From contig CASFXG010000003.1 of assembly GCA_949298635.1 (NCBI GenBank), positions 5,291 to 69,290 on the forward strand: a stretch of 64,000 nucleotides of DNA. Reading direction: 5' to 3'. The stretch comes from an uncultured Coriobacteriaceae bacterium. Its GTDB lineage: Bacteria > Actinomycetota > Coriobacteriia > Coriobacteriales > Coriobacteriaceae. Below, piece after piece: positions 30,250-40,268 of this stretch (the stretch's first letter is position 1; the number at the start of each line of letters is the position of its first letter). The position numbers were made by a program, and so were the translations under genes. The notes under the pieces are model-generated. The model saw only the letters and a list, made by a program, of their open reading frames with translations. It was not told the DNA's origin and did not search any database.

Positions 30250-30387
30250 TCCTTTCGTGTCGTGGCGCGTGTACGTCGCCGGACATCGGGTGAATAGTCC
30301 GCCGCGAGTTCCGCAGCGAGCGAAGCGAGCGAGGACTGTCTGAAGCGCCGGGGGATAAGCCCGATGCCAACAGCCCCAAGGTCATAC

Positions 30388-31542
30388 CTACAGGATCTGC
30401 GCGTAAATCTCCTTCGCATCCTCGAGCGTGACCTCGCGCATGTTGTTCACCAGCAGGCGCTGCACGCTCATGCCCGCTTCGGCGAGCTCGTCGATCGGCG
30501 CATCCTCAATCCCAAGCTCGGCAAGCTTCTTCGGAATGTTCAGGTGCTCAACAATCTCGTCCATGCGCTGAATCACCGCAGCCGCCTTCTCCTCCACCGT
30601 CCCAGCGCCCGTGTGGATGGCGCGGTCGTACGCCGCAGCCAGGCGCTCCGCGATGGCAGGCTCGTTGAAGTGCATGACGGGGCTCAGCAGGATGGCGTTC
30701 GACACGCCGTGCGCCACGTGGTACTTACCGCCAAGCGGGTACGAAAGCGCGTGTACCGCCGTGGTGCCGGAAGCCGTGATGGCAATGCCCGCATAGAAGC
30801 TCGCGAGCTGCATGGCGCGCTTCGCGTCGAGCGCCTCGGGGTCGTCGCACGCGCGCTCGATGTTGTTGATGATGAGGTCGAAGGCCTCGAGCGCGAACGT
30901 ATCGCTCATGGGATTGGCCTTCGTGCTGGTGTAGCACTCGATAGCGTGGCAAAGCGCATCGATGCCCGTGGCCGCCGCGATGGAGCGCGGCAGGTTCTTG
31001 ATCATGTCCGCCTCGAGGATCACGGCGTCCGCGATCATCGCGTCGTTCACGATGCCCACCTTGAGCTCGTCTTCCGGCACAGCGACGATCGCGTTGGGCG
31101 TTGCCTCGGCACCGGTGCCCGCCGTGGTGGGAACCATGACCGTGTAGACCTGCTTCTTTGCAAGCGAGGGGTTCCCCAGCAGGTCGTGCACCGTGTACTC
31201 GGAGGTGGCGAGCACGCTCACGAGCTTCGCGGCATCCATAACCGATCCGCCGCCGATAGCAAGGATGAAATCCGCGTCTTCGCCCGCAAACCAATCGACG
31301 GTCGCCTGCACCTCGCTGTACGTGGGCTCAATGGCAAGATCGCTCTGAACGGCAACCTCAACGCCGCGCGCCTCGATGATCTTGCGAGCACCATCCGTAA
31401 GTCCCAGGTCGAAGATGCTCTTATCGCAGAAGAGCGCCACCTTCCTGGGCGAACGGTCTGCAAGGATTCCGTCGAGCTTGTCGAGAGCGCCTTCTCCCGC
31501 ATAGACCGCGGTGGGGAGTTTTAAGCAATAGGACTGGAGCAT
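30388..31542 (-). CDS. Iron-containing alcohol dehydrogenase
   Basis: GGGSVMD, PTTAGTGAE, GIDALCHAIE, VHALSY, HGVSN. Confidence 0.93.
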   Translation of the reverse strand: MLQSYCLKLPTAVYAGEGALDKLDGILADRSPRKVALFCDKSIFDLGLTDGARKIIEARGVEVAVQSDLAIEPTYSEVQATVDWFAGEDADFILAIGGGSVMDAAKLVSVLATSEYTVHDLLGNPSLAKKQVYTVMVPTTAGTGAEATPNAIVAVPEDELKVGIVNDAMIADAVILEADMIKNLPRSIAAATGIDALCHAIECYTSTKANPMSDTFALEAFDLIINNIERACDDPEALDAKRAMQLASFYAGIAITASGTTAVHALSYPLGGKYHVAHGVSNAILLSPVMHFNEPAIAERLAAAYDRAIHTGAGTVEEKAAAVIQRMDEIVEHLNIPKKLAELGIEDAPIDELAEAGMSVQRLLVNNMREVTLEDAKEIYAQIL

Positions 31543-32909
31543 GCTGCCAACACCTTCTCTTTCTTAGTTGAACGCGCTGTATGGGCTTCGTTCGGCGTAC
31601 TCGGCTTGGACGCCCTCTGTGAGAACTTGTCACTTTCAGCCGGCGCAACGTCCGATGCGAGCCGGCGTGCAAGAGAAACGAACAGGTCGGGCTCGCCGAA
31701 TCCTCCCGATTTCGAGATGACCCGCATCGTGGAGCCCTCGTATTCGAACTCAGACATCACCACGCCGGTCGCGACCTCTTCGATGAGTGAGATGCTCGAT
31801 ACACCCAGCTCGTCCAAAAAGCTTTGTAGCACGTCGCCGCCCATGACGAACACCGTGCAGGAGCCCTCACAGAGCTGCTTCAAGATGCAACCGAGGTTGC
31901 GCGCTACCAGTTTGCGCAAGTCTTCGCTAGAACTCGCATGGTCCACACCTTCTACCGATTCAGAATCGAGGCATTCCCCAGATTCGACCACGGTGAGCAG
32001 ATGCGAGCTCCAGCTCGCGCGAACCTGCGCCTTGAACTCCTTGAACTCCTCGGTTTCCACCCATGAAGAATCGAACTTGCTCTCGGCAGAAAGCGAGAAC
32101 GTCGGATACCCCGCAGCGCGCGCATACGCGCATTGGGCAGTCGAAACATCGTTCACGCTACCGCAGAAGACGAGCAGATTACCTTCATCGAGCGCCGCAT
32201 GCCCCAGCTCAGCGCGTTCGGCTCCCGCTCCCAGCAGCAAAGCCAAAGCCCGCGTCATGCCAGCACATCCAGCAAGCAGCGAAGGCGACGGGCCGTCAAG
32301 CGCCTTACGGCAACGGGAGAGCATCTCGTCCTCGGACTCGATGTCGTACACGATCACGTCGGCAGTCCCAAGGGCGGAGTTGACCGCCTCTTCGGGAGCG
32401 GTCGCTTCGATTTCCGCAATCGAGAGCTTAGGAGCCTGAGCTGCCACGATATCGCGTACCCTAGCATCCGTCACCGGCTCGAAAGGATCCTTCCCGAACA
32501 CACTCTTATCGACAGGAACACCATCAATGTATTGGATGCCGTCGCGCGTAATCCTCTGCATCTCTGGAAACGCCGGCATGAAATGCACGGGCCCTGCCGC
32601 GGGAACAGCATCGAGCATGCCCGCGAGTTCCGCTCCAACATTTCCGCGCAGAGCGGAATCGGTCTTCTTGACGATAATCTTCGCCCCGGCATCGATACCT
32701 GCCGCAGCGATGCGCTTCACGCGTTCGCGCGCCTCGCTTGGTGCGACATGCCGGGTATCGGCGTTCACGGCAAGCACGCGAGCATCGGTGCGAAGAGAAG
32801 CCGCATTATGGAGATCGGCGCGCACGTGAACTTCGACACCGGCTCCAACCAGTGCCGCAGCGCCATCAAGCGTGCCGGTGAGGTCATCTGCGATGAATAG
32901 GATCTCCAT
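31521..32909 (-). CDS. Four-carbon acid sugar kinase (DUF1537, DtnK/DenK family)
   Basis: IADDLTG, KKTDSALRGNVGAE, PAFP, GSVN, MGGD, SKSGGFG. Confidence 0.92.
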   Translation of the reverse strand: MEILFIADDLTGTLDGAAALVGAGVEVHVRADLHNAASLRTDARVLAVNADTRHVAPSEARERVKRIAAAGIDAGAKIIVKKTDSALRGNVGAELAGMLDAVPAAGPVHFMPAFPEMQRITRDGIQYIDGVPVDKSVFGKDPFEPVTDARVRDIVAAQAPKLSIAEIEATAPEEAVNSALGTADVIVYDIESEDEMLSRCRKALDGPSPSLLAGCAGMTRALALLLGAGAERAELGHAALDEGNLLVFCGSVNDVSTAQCAYARAAGYPTFSLSAESKFDSSWVETEEFKEFKAQVRASWSSHLLTVVESGECLDSESVEGVDHASSSEDLRKLVARNLGCILKQLCEGSCTVFVMGGDVLQSFLDELGVSSISLIEEVATGVVMSEFEYEGSTMRVISKSGGFGEPDLFVSLARRLASDVAPAESDKFSQRASKPSTPNEAHTARSTKKEKVLAACSSPIA

Positions 32910-33054
32910 GAAGGCTTCTCCTCCTTGTGCGTATGGTTGTCAGTATCGGCATTCCGCGATAAACCCGATATCTTGCGTAGTGCAAAAATTGTTCAGTATA
33001 TGTACAATCTCTTTGAAGTGATGTGTCCATTATTTAAACAGTTCGAGGAAGCTC

Positions 33055-34809
33055 ATGGCCCATACACGCATCTTGGTCGTCGCACCCTATCCAGAAATGG
33101 TTCCCGAACTCAAGGCTGTTGCGGAGGAGTTCCCCGATGCGGAATTCTCTATAGAAACCGGCGACATCGAGGGCGGCCTCGAAAGCGCCCTCTCGGTCTT
33201 TCACCTCAACTTCGATGTCATCGTTTCGCGTGGCGGCACCGCGCAGATCCTCGAAGACGAGCTGTCGCTCCCCGTCATCGAGATCGAGCTCACGATTCCC
33301 GAGCTTCTGCGCATGCTTCGCAACGTCCCCGAAGGAACCTCCGCGGTGGCGCTCGTGGGCTTTCGCAACGTCCTTCGCAACGCGCGCGAGCTCGACCCGT
33401 TCTTTCCCTTCGACATCGACATCTACGGCGTCGATTTCGAAGACGAGATGCCCGACGTGCTTGTAGATATCTCGCAGAACGACTATGACCTCGTGCTGTG
33501 CGACGTCCGCTCGTACACCATTGCCTGCGAGATGAACCTGCCGGCGCAGCTGCTCTTTTCCGGACGAAGCGGCATTCGCAACGCCTTCGAGCGCGCCATC
33601 GCCGTATGCGAGCAGCAAACATCTCTTGCCGCGGGGAATCAGCTACTCCGGGATATCCTACATGCAAGCGAGGTCACGTTCGTCGCATTCGGCAACGACC
33701 AGCGCATCGTCTTCTCCAACCTTTCCGATCAAGACCGGGCGATCTTGGGTGATCTGCAAGAGCGCATGGCGGCGACGCCCCCCAAACGCTTCATCATTCA
33801 GCGCGAGGGCAAGCTCTATACCATCACCACGAGCCCGTTGAGCGATAAGAAGGGGGTTGTTTTCGCGATAACTTCGATCGCCACCCCCAACGCAAGCCGC
33901 ATCGCGGGCATCGAGTATCTCAGCGCCGACGACGTGCGCAAGGCTCTGGAGCTTAGCCCCCTCCACGCTATGCAGGCAGAACAGGTGCTCGAGCCCATTG
34001 CGCGACCTGCGGCAGACAAGCAAAGACCCGTATTTGTTACCGGTTCGCATGGCGATGCGGAGCGTTTCACGGCCGGATTGATCTACCTTTCGAGCGAACT
34101 GGCCGATCAGCCCATGGCTTCTATCGATTGCGGCCTTCTCACCGAGCGCAGCTGGGACTTCCTCATAAACAGCCATCGCTCCCCGCTCTATGGCTCCGGT
34201 ATGACGCTGCTCTTCCGCAAAGTGAGAGCACTCGAACGCGCGTGGGGCAAGCAGCTTGCCACCGTAGTCGTTCAAAGCCAGCTGGCAAAGCGATGTAAGA
34301 TCATCTTCACCGATACGCCGTTGCGCGAACAGGGGGTTTCAGAACAGCCTCCCATCGCCGACGCGATCGACACGTTCAATATTATCGTCCCGCCGTTTCA
34401 CACGTGGGAAATCCTCCCCTACGTGGCGCCGCGCTATCTCGATTACCTAGCGGCGGAAGCCGGAACTGAAGCGCCTGTTCTCGTCCCCGAGGCGAATGAC
34501 GTGCTGCTTGAACAGCCGTGGCGCGGAGACATCTCGGAGTTCATGTGGGTCGTCAAATGGCTTTTCGCCGCAAACACCAATGGCGTCATCACCACAAACG
34601 ACGTGATGGATGCCCTCGCTGCCACGCACCTGGAAAGCACGTCGGCGAGCCCGGATGGTGGAATCGCGCGCCTGGGGCTTAACAGACCACTTGCAGATCT
34701 CAACCGCGATATCGCACGCATCGTGCTTAATCAGTGCCATGGAAACAAGTCGCAAGCCGCCAAACAGCTCGGAATCTCGCGGACAACGTTGTACGCCCTG
34801 CTGGGGTGA
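33055..34809 (+). CDS. PrpR_N / degenerate AAA+ / Fis-HTH transcriptional regulator
   Basis: DVIVSRGGTA (PrpR_N), PWRGD, GNKSQAAKQLGISRTTLY; divergent from the catabolic operon. Confidence 0.85.
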   Translation: MAHTRILVVAPYPEMVPELKAVAEEFPDAEFSIETGDIEGGLESALSVFHLNFDVIVSRGGTAQILEDELSLPVIEIELTIPELLRMLRNVPEGTSAVALVGFRNVLRNARELDPFFPFDIDIYGVDFEDEMPDVLVDISQNDYDLVLCDVRSYTIACEMNLPAQLLFSGRSGIRNAFERAIAVCEQQTSLAAGNQLLRDILHASEVTFVAFGNDQRIVFSNLSDQDRAILGDLQERMAATPPKRFIIQREGKLYTITTSPLSDKKGVVFAITSIATPNASRIAGIEYLSADDVRKALELSPLHAMQAEQVLEPIARPAADKQRPVFVTGSHGDAERFTAGLIYLSSELADQPMASIDCGLLTERSWDFLINSHRSPLYGSGMTLLFRKVRALERAWGKQLATVVVQSQLAKRCKIIFTDTPLREQGVSEQPPIADAIDTFNIIVPPFHTWEILPYVAPRYLDYLAAEAGTEAPVLVPEANDVLLEQPWRGDISEFMWVVKWLFAANTNGVITTNDVMDALAATHLESTSASPDGGIARLGLNRPLADLNRDIARIVLNQCHGNKSQAAKQLGISRTTLYALLG

Positions 34810-34887
34810 GCGGGCGGCCGACGCGCCGAAACAATCCACGCCCCGTTCACGCTCGCGTGTGTGGCTAGCTCACGCGCCCGCCTCCGG

Positions 34888-35808
34888 TTATGCGCCCGCG
34901 CAATCCGGAACCAGGAAGCGCTTCTCAACCTTGCAGATATAGGGGCTGAACGGGCCGTCGTCGCCGTGAAGCATGGTGCAGCGCGCTTCAAGTACCTGCC
35001 CAAGCAGCAGGTAGGCTTCCTTGGGATCGAAACCGTAATCGTCCATCATCCAATGGATGAGCTCGCGGCACGCCGCGCAGAACGAGTCCTTCATGCGATC
35101 GTGGCACGCGATGGTCATGATGTGCGTATCGGACTCCGCACGAAGCCACTCATGTGCGGCGTAGCCCGACCTCACCGAGAGGCGTAGCGTCACCGTTGCA
35201 GCGCACTCGATTGCTCCTCCGTGCGGGATCTCGCCGTCGCCCATGATCGCATGTACGTCACCCACGTGCAGAAGCGCGCCCTCGACTGCGGCGGGCAGGT
35301 ACAGCGTGGTGCCCGGGCAGATCTCCTGGACATCCATGTTGCCGCCGTTGTGGTAGGCGTACCGGTTGGTCTGCTCGCCCTCGGCAGGCGCCGTTGCAAT
35401 CGTGCCGATCATGGGCCGCACGGGCAGCGCAAGCCGGTCGCTCCACCGCACGAAACCGTCCTCTATACGCACCGTACGCGTTACCACGTCCCAATCGTTT
35501 TCCCATATGAGCTGCGAAAGCGGGTTGCGCCATCCCGCAAAGCCGGTATAACCCAACGGCCCGGGCTCGATATCCAGAATCTCCACCACGAGCGTATCGC
35601 CCGGGTGCGCGCCCTCGACCCCTACAACCGTGGCGAGGTTCGGGCCATTGCTCTTGCTGGGATCCCACGTGTCGGTCGGCGCGGAAAGCCACCCACCACC
35701 ATTGAGCTCGGTCTCAATCTTGACGACGCTCCCCGCGGGCACCATCGCCGCCGGCTCGTGCTGCGCGCTCAGTGTGTTGTACACCCGCTCTTTGCCCACA
35801 TGAATCAT
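34888..35808 (-). CDS. Acetamidase/formamidase family protein
   Basis: VEGAHPGDTLVV, PMIGTI, GGNMD, GALLHVGDVHAIMGDGE. Confidence 0.9.
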   Translation of the reverse strand: MIHVGKERVYNTLSAQHEPAAMVPAGSVVKIETELNGGGWLSAPTDTWDPSKSNGPNLATVVGVEGAHPGDTLVVEILDIEPGPLGYTGFAGWRNPLSQLIWENDWDVVTRTVRIEDGFVRWSDRLALPVRPMIGTIATAPAEGEQTNRYAYHNGGNMDVQEICPGTTLYLPAAVEGALLHVGDVHAIMGDGEIPHGGAIECAATVTLRLSVRSGYAAHEWLRAESDTHIMTIACHDRMKDSFCAACRELIHWMMDDYGFDPKEAYLLLGQVLEARCTMLHGDDGPFSPYICKVEKRFLVPDCAGA

Positions 35809-36072
35809 GGCTGTCTCCCGTCATTCTGGCTGTCCCGCCACTCCTGGTTTCCAACCTGCGTCCGCGCGTTTCGCACGCAGCCCGATACATCGAACTCTGT
35901 CCTGCAACTTTGCCTCCAACTTCTCAAGAGCGCAAACGTACCCATGTCACAAAAATCGGTAATCGGTAGCAATTCTTCGATAAACGGTATCATTGCCCGC
36001 TATTTCACCTATAATGCTCAATGACATACCGGGATATCGAGCCGTTCCACCACCATTTTTTTGGAGGTCTGC

Positions 36073-37542
36073 ATGTATAAACGCACCAAGATCGTCTGCA
36101 CGATGGGTCCCGCTTGCGACAGCGACGAGACGCTGCGCGAGATGATGAAGGCGGGTATGAATATCGCCCGCTTCAACTTCAGCCATGGATCCTACGAGGA
36201 GCACCACGAGCGCATTCAGCGCGTTCGTCGCGTCGCCGCCGAGCTCGATATGACGATCGGCATCATGCTCGACACGAAGGGGCCAGAGGTTCGCACCGGC
36301 CTGCTCGAGGGTCACGAGAAGGTCTCCGTACACACCGGCGACAAGGTCATCGTCACTGCCCGTCCCACGTCCGAGGAGTTCCTGGGCACCGCCGAGCACA
36401 TCTCGCTCGACTACCTCAACCTCCCCAACGAGGTCGAGCCGGGTTCGCGCATCCTCATCGACGACGGCATCGTCGAGCTCGTCGTTGAGAGCGTGGACGG
36501 CCAGGATATGTACTGCGTCGCCAAGAACGACGGCGAGATTGGCGAGCACAAGGGCGTGAACCTGCCCAACGTCGAGATCGGCCTGCCGGCAATCACCGAG
36601 CGCGACCGCGAGGACATTCTCTTCGGTCTCAAGGAAGGCATCGACTACATCGCCGCGTCGTTCATCCGCAACGCCGCCGCCGTGCGCGAGATCCGCGAGC
36701 TCTGCCGCGAGAACGGCGGGGAGCACGTGGGCATCTTCCCCAAGATCGAGAACGCGCTGGGCGTCCAGAACTTCGACGAGATCCTCAAGGCTTCCGACGG
36801 CATCATGGTCGCTCGCGGTGACCTGGGCATCGAGGTTCCCGCCGAGCACGTTCCGCACCTGCAAAAGAAGATGATCAAGAAGTGCAACGCCGCGTATAAG
36901 CCGGTCATCACCGCCACGCAGATGCTCGACTCCATGATTCGCAACCCGCGCCCCACGCGCGCCGAGGTCGCCGACGTCGCAAACGCCATCTACGATGGCA
37001 CGGACGCCGTGATGCTCTCCGGCGAGTCCGCTGCCGGCAAATACCCTGTCGAGGCCGTGAAGATGCAGGCCAGCATCGCGCACGAGACCGAGCAGTACCT
37101 CGGCCTCCACGCCGAGCTTAAGGTGCCCGAGGGCAGCCAGAGCACGCGCGTCATCAACAACGTCGTGGGTCTCTCCGCCGTGAACATGGCCACCACGGTG
37201 GATGCGAAGTGCATCATCTGCCCCACCACCACCGGCCGTACGGCGCGCCTCATCTCGCACTTCCGTCCCGCGGTGCCGGTCGTGGCGTTCTCGCGCCACC
37301 AGTGGGCGGTGCAGAAGATGCTCATGTACTGGGGCATCGAGCCGCACCTCGCCGCCATCACCCGTGGCAGCGTCGACGACACCGTCGCCACGGCGATCGA
37401 GTCCGCTAAGGAGCGCGGCTATGTGGAGCCGGGCGACGTCGCCGTCGTGACCGTGGGCGACCCCAAGACCGCTGTCGAGTCCACGCTTGGCGACGGCAAG
37501 CGCAGCTCTACGAACGTTGTGTACGTGGCGCAGGTGCGCTAA
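36073..37542 (+). CDS. pyk: Pyruvate kinase
   Basis: RTKIVCTMGPA, RFNFSHG, LDTKGPE, KIEN, MVARGDLG, ATQMLDSM, DAVMLSGE. Confidence 0.98.
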   Translation: MYKRTKIVCTMGPACDSDETLREMMKAGMNIARFNFSHGSYEEHHERIQRVRRVAAELDMTIGIMLDTKGPEVRTGLLEGHEKVSVHTGDKVIVTARPTSEEFLGTAEHISLDYLNLPNEVEPGSRILIDDGIVELVVESVDGQDMYCVAKNDGEIGEHKGVNLPNVEIGLPAITERDREDILFGLKEGIDYIAASFIRNAAAVREIRELCRENGGEHVGIFPKIENALGVQNFDEILKASDGIMVARGDLGIEVPAEHVPHLQKKMIKKCNAAYKPVITATQMLDSMIRNPRPTRAEVADVANAIYDGTDAVMLSGESAAGKYPVEAVKMQASIAHETEQYLGLHAELKVPEGSQSTRVINNVVGLSAVNMATTVDAKCIICPTTTGRTARLISHFRPAVPVVAFSRHQWAVQKMLMYWGIEPHLAAITRGSVDDTVATAIESAKERGYVEPGDVAVVTVGDPKTAVESTLGDGKRSSTNVVYVAQVR

Positions 37543-37634
37543 ACCGGAATATAGCACGTCACGTCGCTACGCTTAACCGTCTTGACAAGAGCGCGAACAT
37601 TGCGTTTGATTCTTGCCATCTTCACTTTATAGAC

Positions 37635-37675
37635 AGCCCCCGTTCGGTGGATTCCGTCCATCGAGCGGGGGCTTT
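37635..37675 (+). terminator. Probable pyk terminator hairpin
   Basis: AGCCCCCG...CGGGGGCT followed by a short T run. Confidence 0.6.
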
Positions 37676-37719
37676 AGCGTTCTTGCATTGTGTTTTCGCC
37701 TGAATGGACACTCGAGCGC

Positions 37720-37859
37720 GTTCGCCCGCCGAGTATGAGTGGAATTCGCGTCCCGCCGTGTAGAAGCCGTTTTTCGCGAGCCGCCAACAGGCATTTTGCT
37801 TGGCGTTGGGCGCCGCTACTCAGCTGATCGCGAATCTCGCTCATACTCGGCGGGCGAAC
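37720..37859. mobile_element. 140-bp MITE/REPIN-like palindromic element, copy 1
   Basis: Terminal inverted repeats GTTCGCCCGCCGAGTATGAG / CTCATACTCGGCGGGCGAAC; near-identical direct copy at 39195-39334. Confidence 0.8.
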
Positions 37860-38956
37860 TGTTTACGCTTCCGCGGCGCGCGTCGAATCTCTCCGAGATT
37901 CCACCAGTTAATTGATAGCTCCTCGAGCAGCACTCGCTCCGCATCTTTAAGGCGCTCGCTCTTTGGCTTCAGCTCCGTGCCCAAAAGACCTGCGATACAT
38001 TTTGCGGTGTCATCAAGATGCACTTCGTCCGAAATTTGCTCCGATCGCAAACGTAAAACGCTATACCCCATACTTTGGAGCGCCATAGCCCTGTTGTCGT
38101 CTTCCTCGCTCTTCTTGTAGCCACCGTGGAATGCACTTCCCTGGCACTCGATAATCAGCGGGGCACCCTCGCCTCCTCCGAGATACAGATCAACCGTGCA
38201 CGTTTTCTTCCTGGAAATCCTCCTTGCTTGCGCAGTCAATTGGATGCGACGATTTAACTCTAGCGGCCTGAAACCCTGGCCTCCCCTTCGTCTCGTCATG
38301 CCGAGTAGCATTGCCGTCCTCGCTTCAAACGGAGATGCAGCACAACCGAACACGTTTTTCGCAGCGCTCTCAAGGCGAACAACTCCAGAAACACCTTTCA
38401 TTCGCTCAACGAAGCGATTAAATTCCTCCCACGTTACAAGCGGCGGGCGCTTCCACAGGTCGGTAAGCTCGCCCTCTGGATCTAGCGACGGCTCCCATCC
38501 ATCCACAGTCGCCAAGTTCCCAGCTTTAATGTGCCCCTGCAAGGCTTTCCGAATCTCTTTCGTCGGTTTGTAGACGGTAAAGTTGCCCATGAACTCATAA
38601 AGGAGCATGGTTATCTGCGCCTCCGTGAGCCATGATGCGAGATTCAGCAAGGTGAACAACACCGACGTTACGGAGAAGCCGTAGTCGGTGTCCCTTATCA
38701 AACCAGGATCTATCTCCCCGCTCCATACATGGTGGTGAAAGGACTCGGACTCATATGTATCCGTCCGACTCGAGACGAGGAGGTGCAGCGGCAGGCTTAT
38801 TGCTCCAAAAGGTGCCTCTCCGGATTTCGCCATGCGAACGACTTGCCTCTTGCCTTGCTCATAGTCGAGGTCGGGATAATGCTCATAGAGAATGTGCACC
38901 TGAGGGGGCGTCCTGAGGTACTGCAAAGCGGATGTATGTGAAAAGACGGCGCACAT
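37841..38956 (-). CDS. AbiEi-like / DUF559 (Vsr-like) endonuclease-domain protein
   Basis: VFSHTSAL, VTSVLFTL, AASPFEAR, LNRRI, TVDLY, IIECQGSAFH, DDNRAMALQSMGYSVLRL. Confidence 0.75.
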   Translation of the reverse strand: MCAVFSHTSALQYLRTPPQVHILYEHYPDLDYEQGKRQVVRMAKSGEAPFGAISLPLHLLVSSRTDTYESESFHHHVWSGEIDPGLIRDTDYGFSVTSVLFTLLNLASWLTEAQITMLLYEFMGNFTVYKPTKEIRKALQGHIKAGNLATVDGWEPSLDPEGELTDLWKRPPLVTWEEFNRFVERMKGVSGVVRLESAAKNVFGCAASPFEARTAMLLGMTRRRGGQGFRPLELNRRIQLTAQARRISRKKTCTVDLYLGGGEGAPLIIECQGSAFHGGYKKSEEDDNRAMALQSMGYSVLRLRSEQISDEVHLDDTAKCIAGLLGTELKPKSERLKDAERVLLEELSINWWNLGEIRRAPRKRKQFARRV

Positions 38957-39194
38957 GGCATGAGCGTAGCAGGCGCTTGCCGCTCTCAAAGTAGGATAGG
39001 GAAAGTATTCACTCGCGACCTTGCACCGTTCTAAAATCAATCTTGCACAACGGCAATCGTGCAGGTAGATAGCATCGATATTGGTATCTGATTTCTAGAC
39101 CGCAAAAAATCTATTTCGAAAGTATGCATTATTTGGCAGGCGTAAAGATTTCAGGCCACCGTTGGACCATGCCGCGTCTTGAACGTAGTTTTGG

Positions 39195-39334
39195 GTTCGC
39201 CCGCCGAGTATGAGCGGGATTCGCGACCCGCAGAGTAGAGGCCGTTTTTCGCGAGCCGCCAACAGGCATTTTGCTTAGCGTTGGGCGCCGCTACTCGGCC
39301 GTTCACGAATCCCGCTCATACTCGGCGGGCGAAC
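39195..39334. mobile_element. 140-bp MITE/REPIN-like palindromic element, copy 2
   Basis: 29-bp perfect terminal inverted repeat GTTCGCCCGCCGAGTATGAGCGGGATTCG. Confidence 0.8.
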
Positions 39335-39368
39335 GCTTCTTAGCAAGAGGCCTATCCCTATCGCCTGT

Positions 39369-40253
39369 TTACAAACGCTCCGCGACGAGCGCGTCGGCGC
39401 ACTCTGCGACCTCGACGAACACCGACTCGAAGAATTCGCTGGTTAGCAGCCGGTAGCTCACTGAATCAGAGGGGAATGTGTTCCCGCGCACGGTCTCGTG
39501 AGCAACCCCCACCGTCATGAGGATGGCGCGCTCATCAATTCGATACTGCGGAAACGCCGCTGCGGTTGCCGCGAGACGCGGCGTGGCGCGCGGCACAAGG
39601 TCGATGGAAAGCGTCTTCCCGAACGCGTCGAAGTCCCCCTGCTTCTTGACGCGGAATTCCTCGCTGGGCGCAATGCCCTCGCGGTCGAGGAACTCGTTGA
39701 CCCGCGTATTCCATATGCAATCCGCCAGCAGGTGCGCCCAAACGCCGAGTTCGAAATCGAAGAGCGAGCGCGCAATGTCCATCGGCGACAACGCCTCATC
39801 GAGCCCGCTGCCCTCTTGCGGCGGAGCGCTGGCACCCTCGTAGCGGCGCGGATAGTGGACACGGCTCACGCGATCGGCCTCGAGCTTAAGAGACGAGGCG
39901 GCGATAATCGGCGCACCGGCACAGCCTACGACGGCAGATTTCGCAGCGCCTGCATCCTTCGAGCCCGCCTGCAGCGCGCCGCCCTCGGCTCGCAGCGCAT
40001 CCTTCGCAGCGGGCATGACGTAGGTGTCCCAGAACTCACGCTCGCGCGGTTTGGGGATGAACGCCGGCTCGGCAAAATGCGTGATACGGTACGCGATAGG
40101 GTTCTCAATACCCGGCGTCATATACCCTACGGGGATATCGGGCGCAAGGCTACCGAACAAGAACGCGTTGCGGTCGAAAACCGTGCGCATCACGGCGCCC
40201 CCGCGCGAGAACAGCCGCTCGGCATGTGCGATATGAATGTTCCAGCTGGGCAC
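39369..40253 (-). CDS. Zinc-dependent phospholipase C-like protein
   Basis: (M)PSWNIHIAHA, FLFGSLAPD, ITHF, LGVWAHLLAD..W; GTG start after GAAAGGA. Confidence 0.7.
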   Translation of the reverse strand: MPSWNIHIAHAERLFSRGGAVMRTVFDRNAFLFGSLAPDIPVGYMTPGIENPIAYRITHFAEPAFIPKPREREFWDTYVMPAAKDALRAEGGALQAGSKDAGAAKSAVVGCAGAPIIAASSLKLEADRVSRVHYPRRYEGASAPPQEGSGLDEALSPMDIARSLFDFELGVWAHLLADCIWNTRVNEFLDREGIAPSEEFRVKKQGDFDAFGKTLSIDLVPRATPRLAATAAAFPQYRIDERAILMTVGVAHETVRGNTFPSDSVSYRLLTSEFFESVFVEVAECADALVAERL

Positions 40254-40268
40254 GAGCAATCCTTTCAA

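Noticed and set aside
35947-37557. 536-aa minus-strand ORF
   Set aside because: Antisense to pyk.
37539-37619. 26-codon minus-strand ORF (MARIKRNV...) after pyk as a possible type I toxin
   Set aside because: Not hydrophobic, weak RBS, no supporting evidence.
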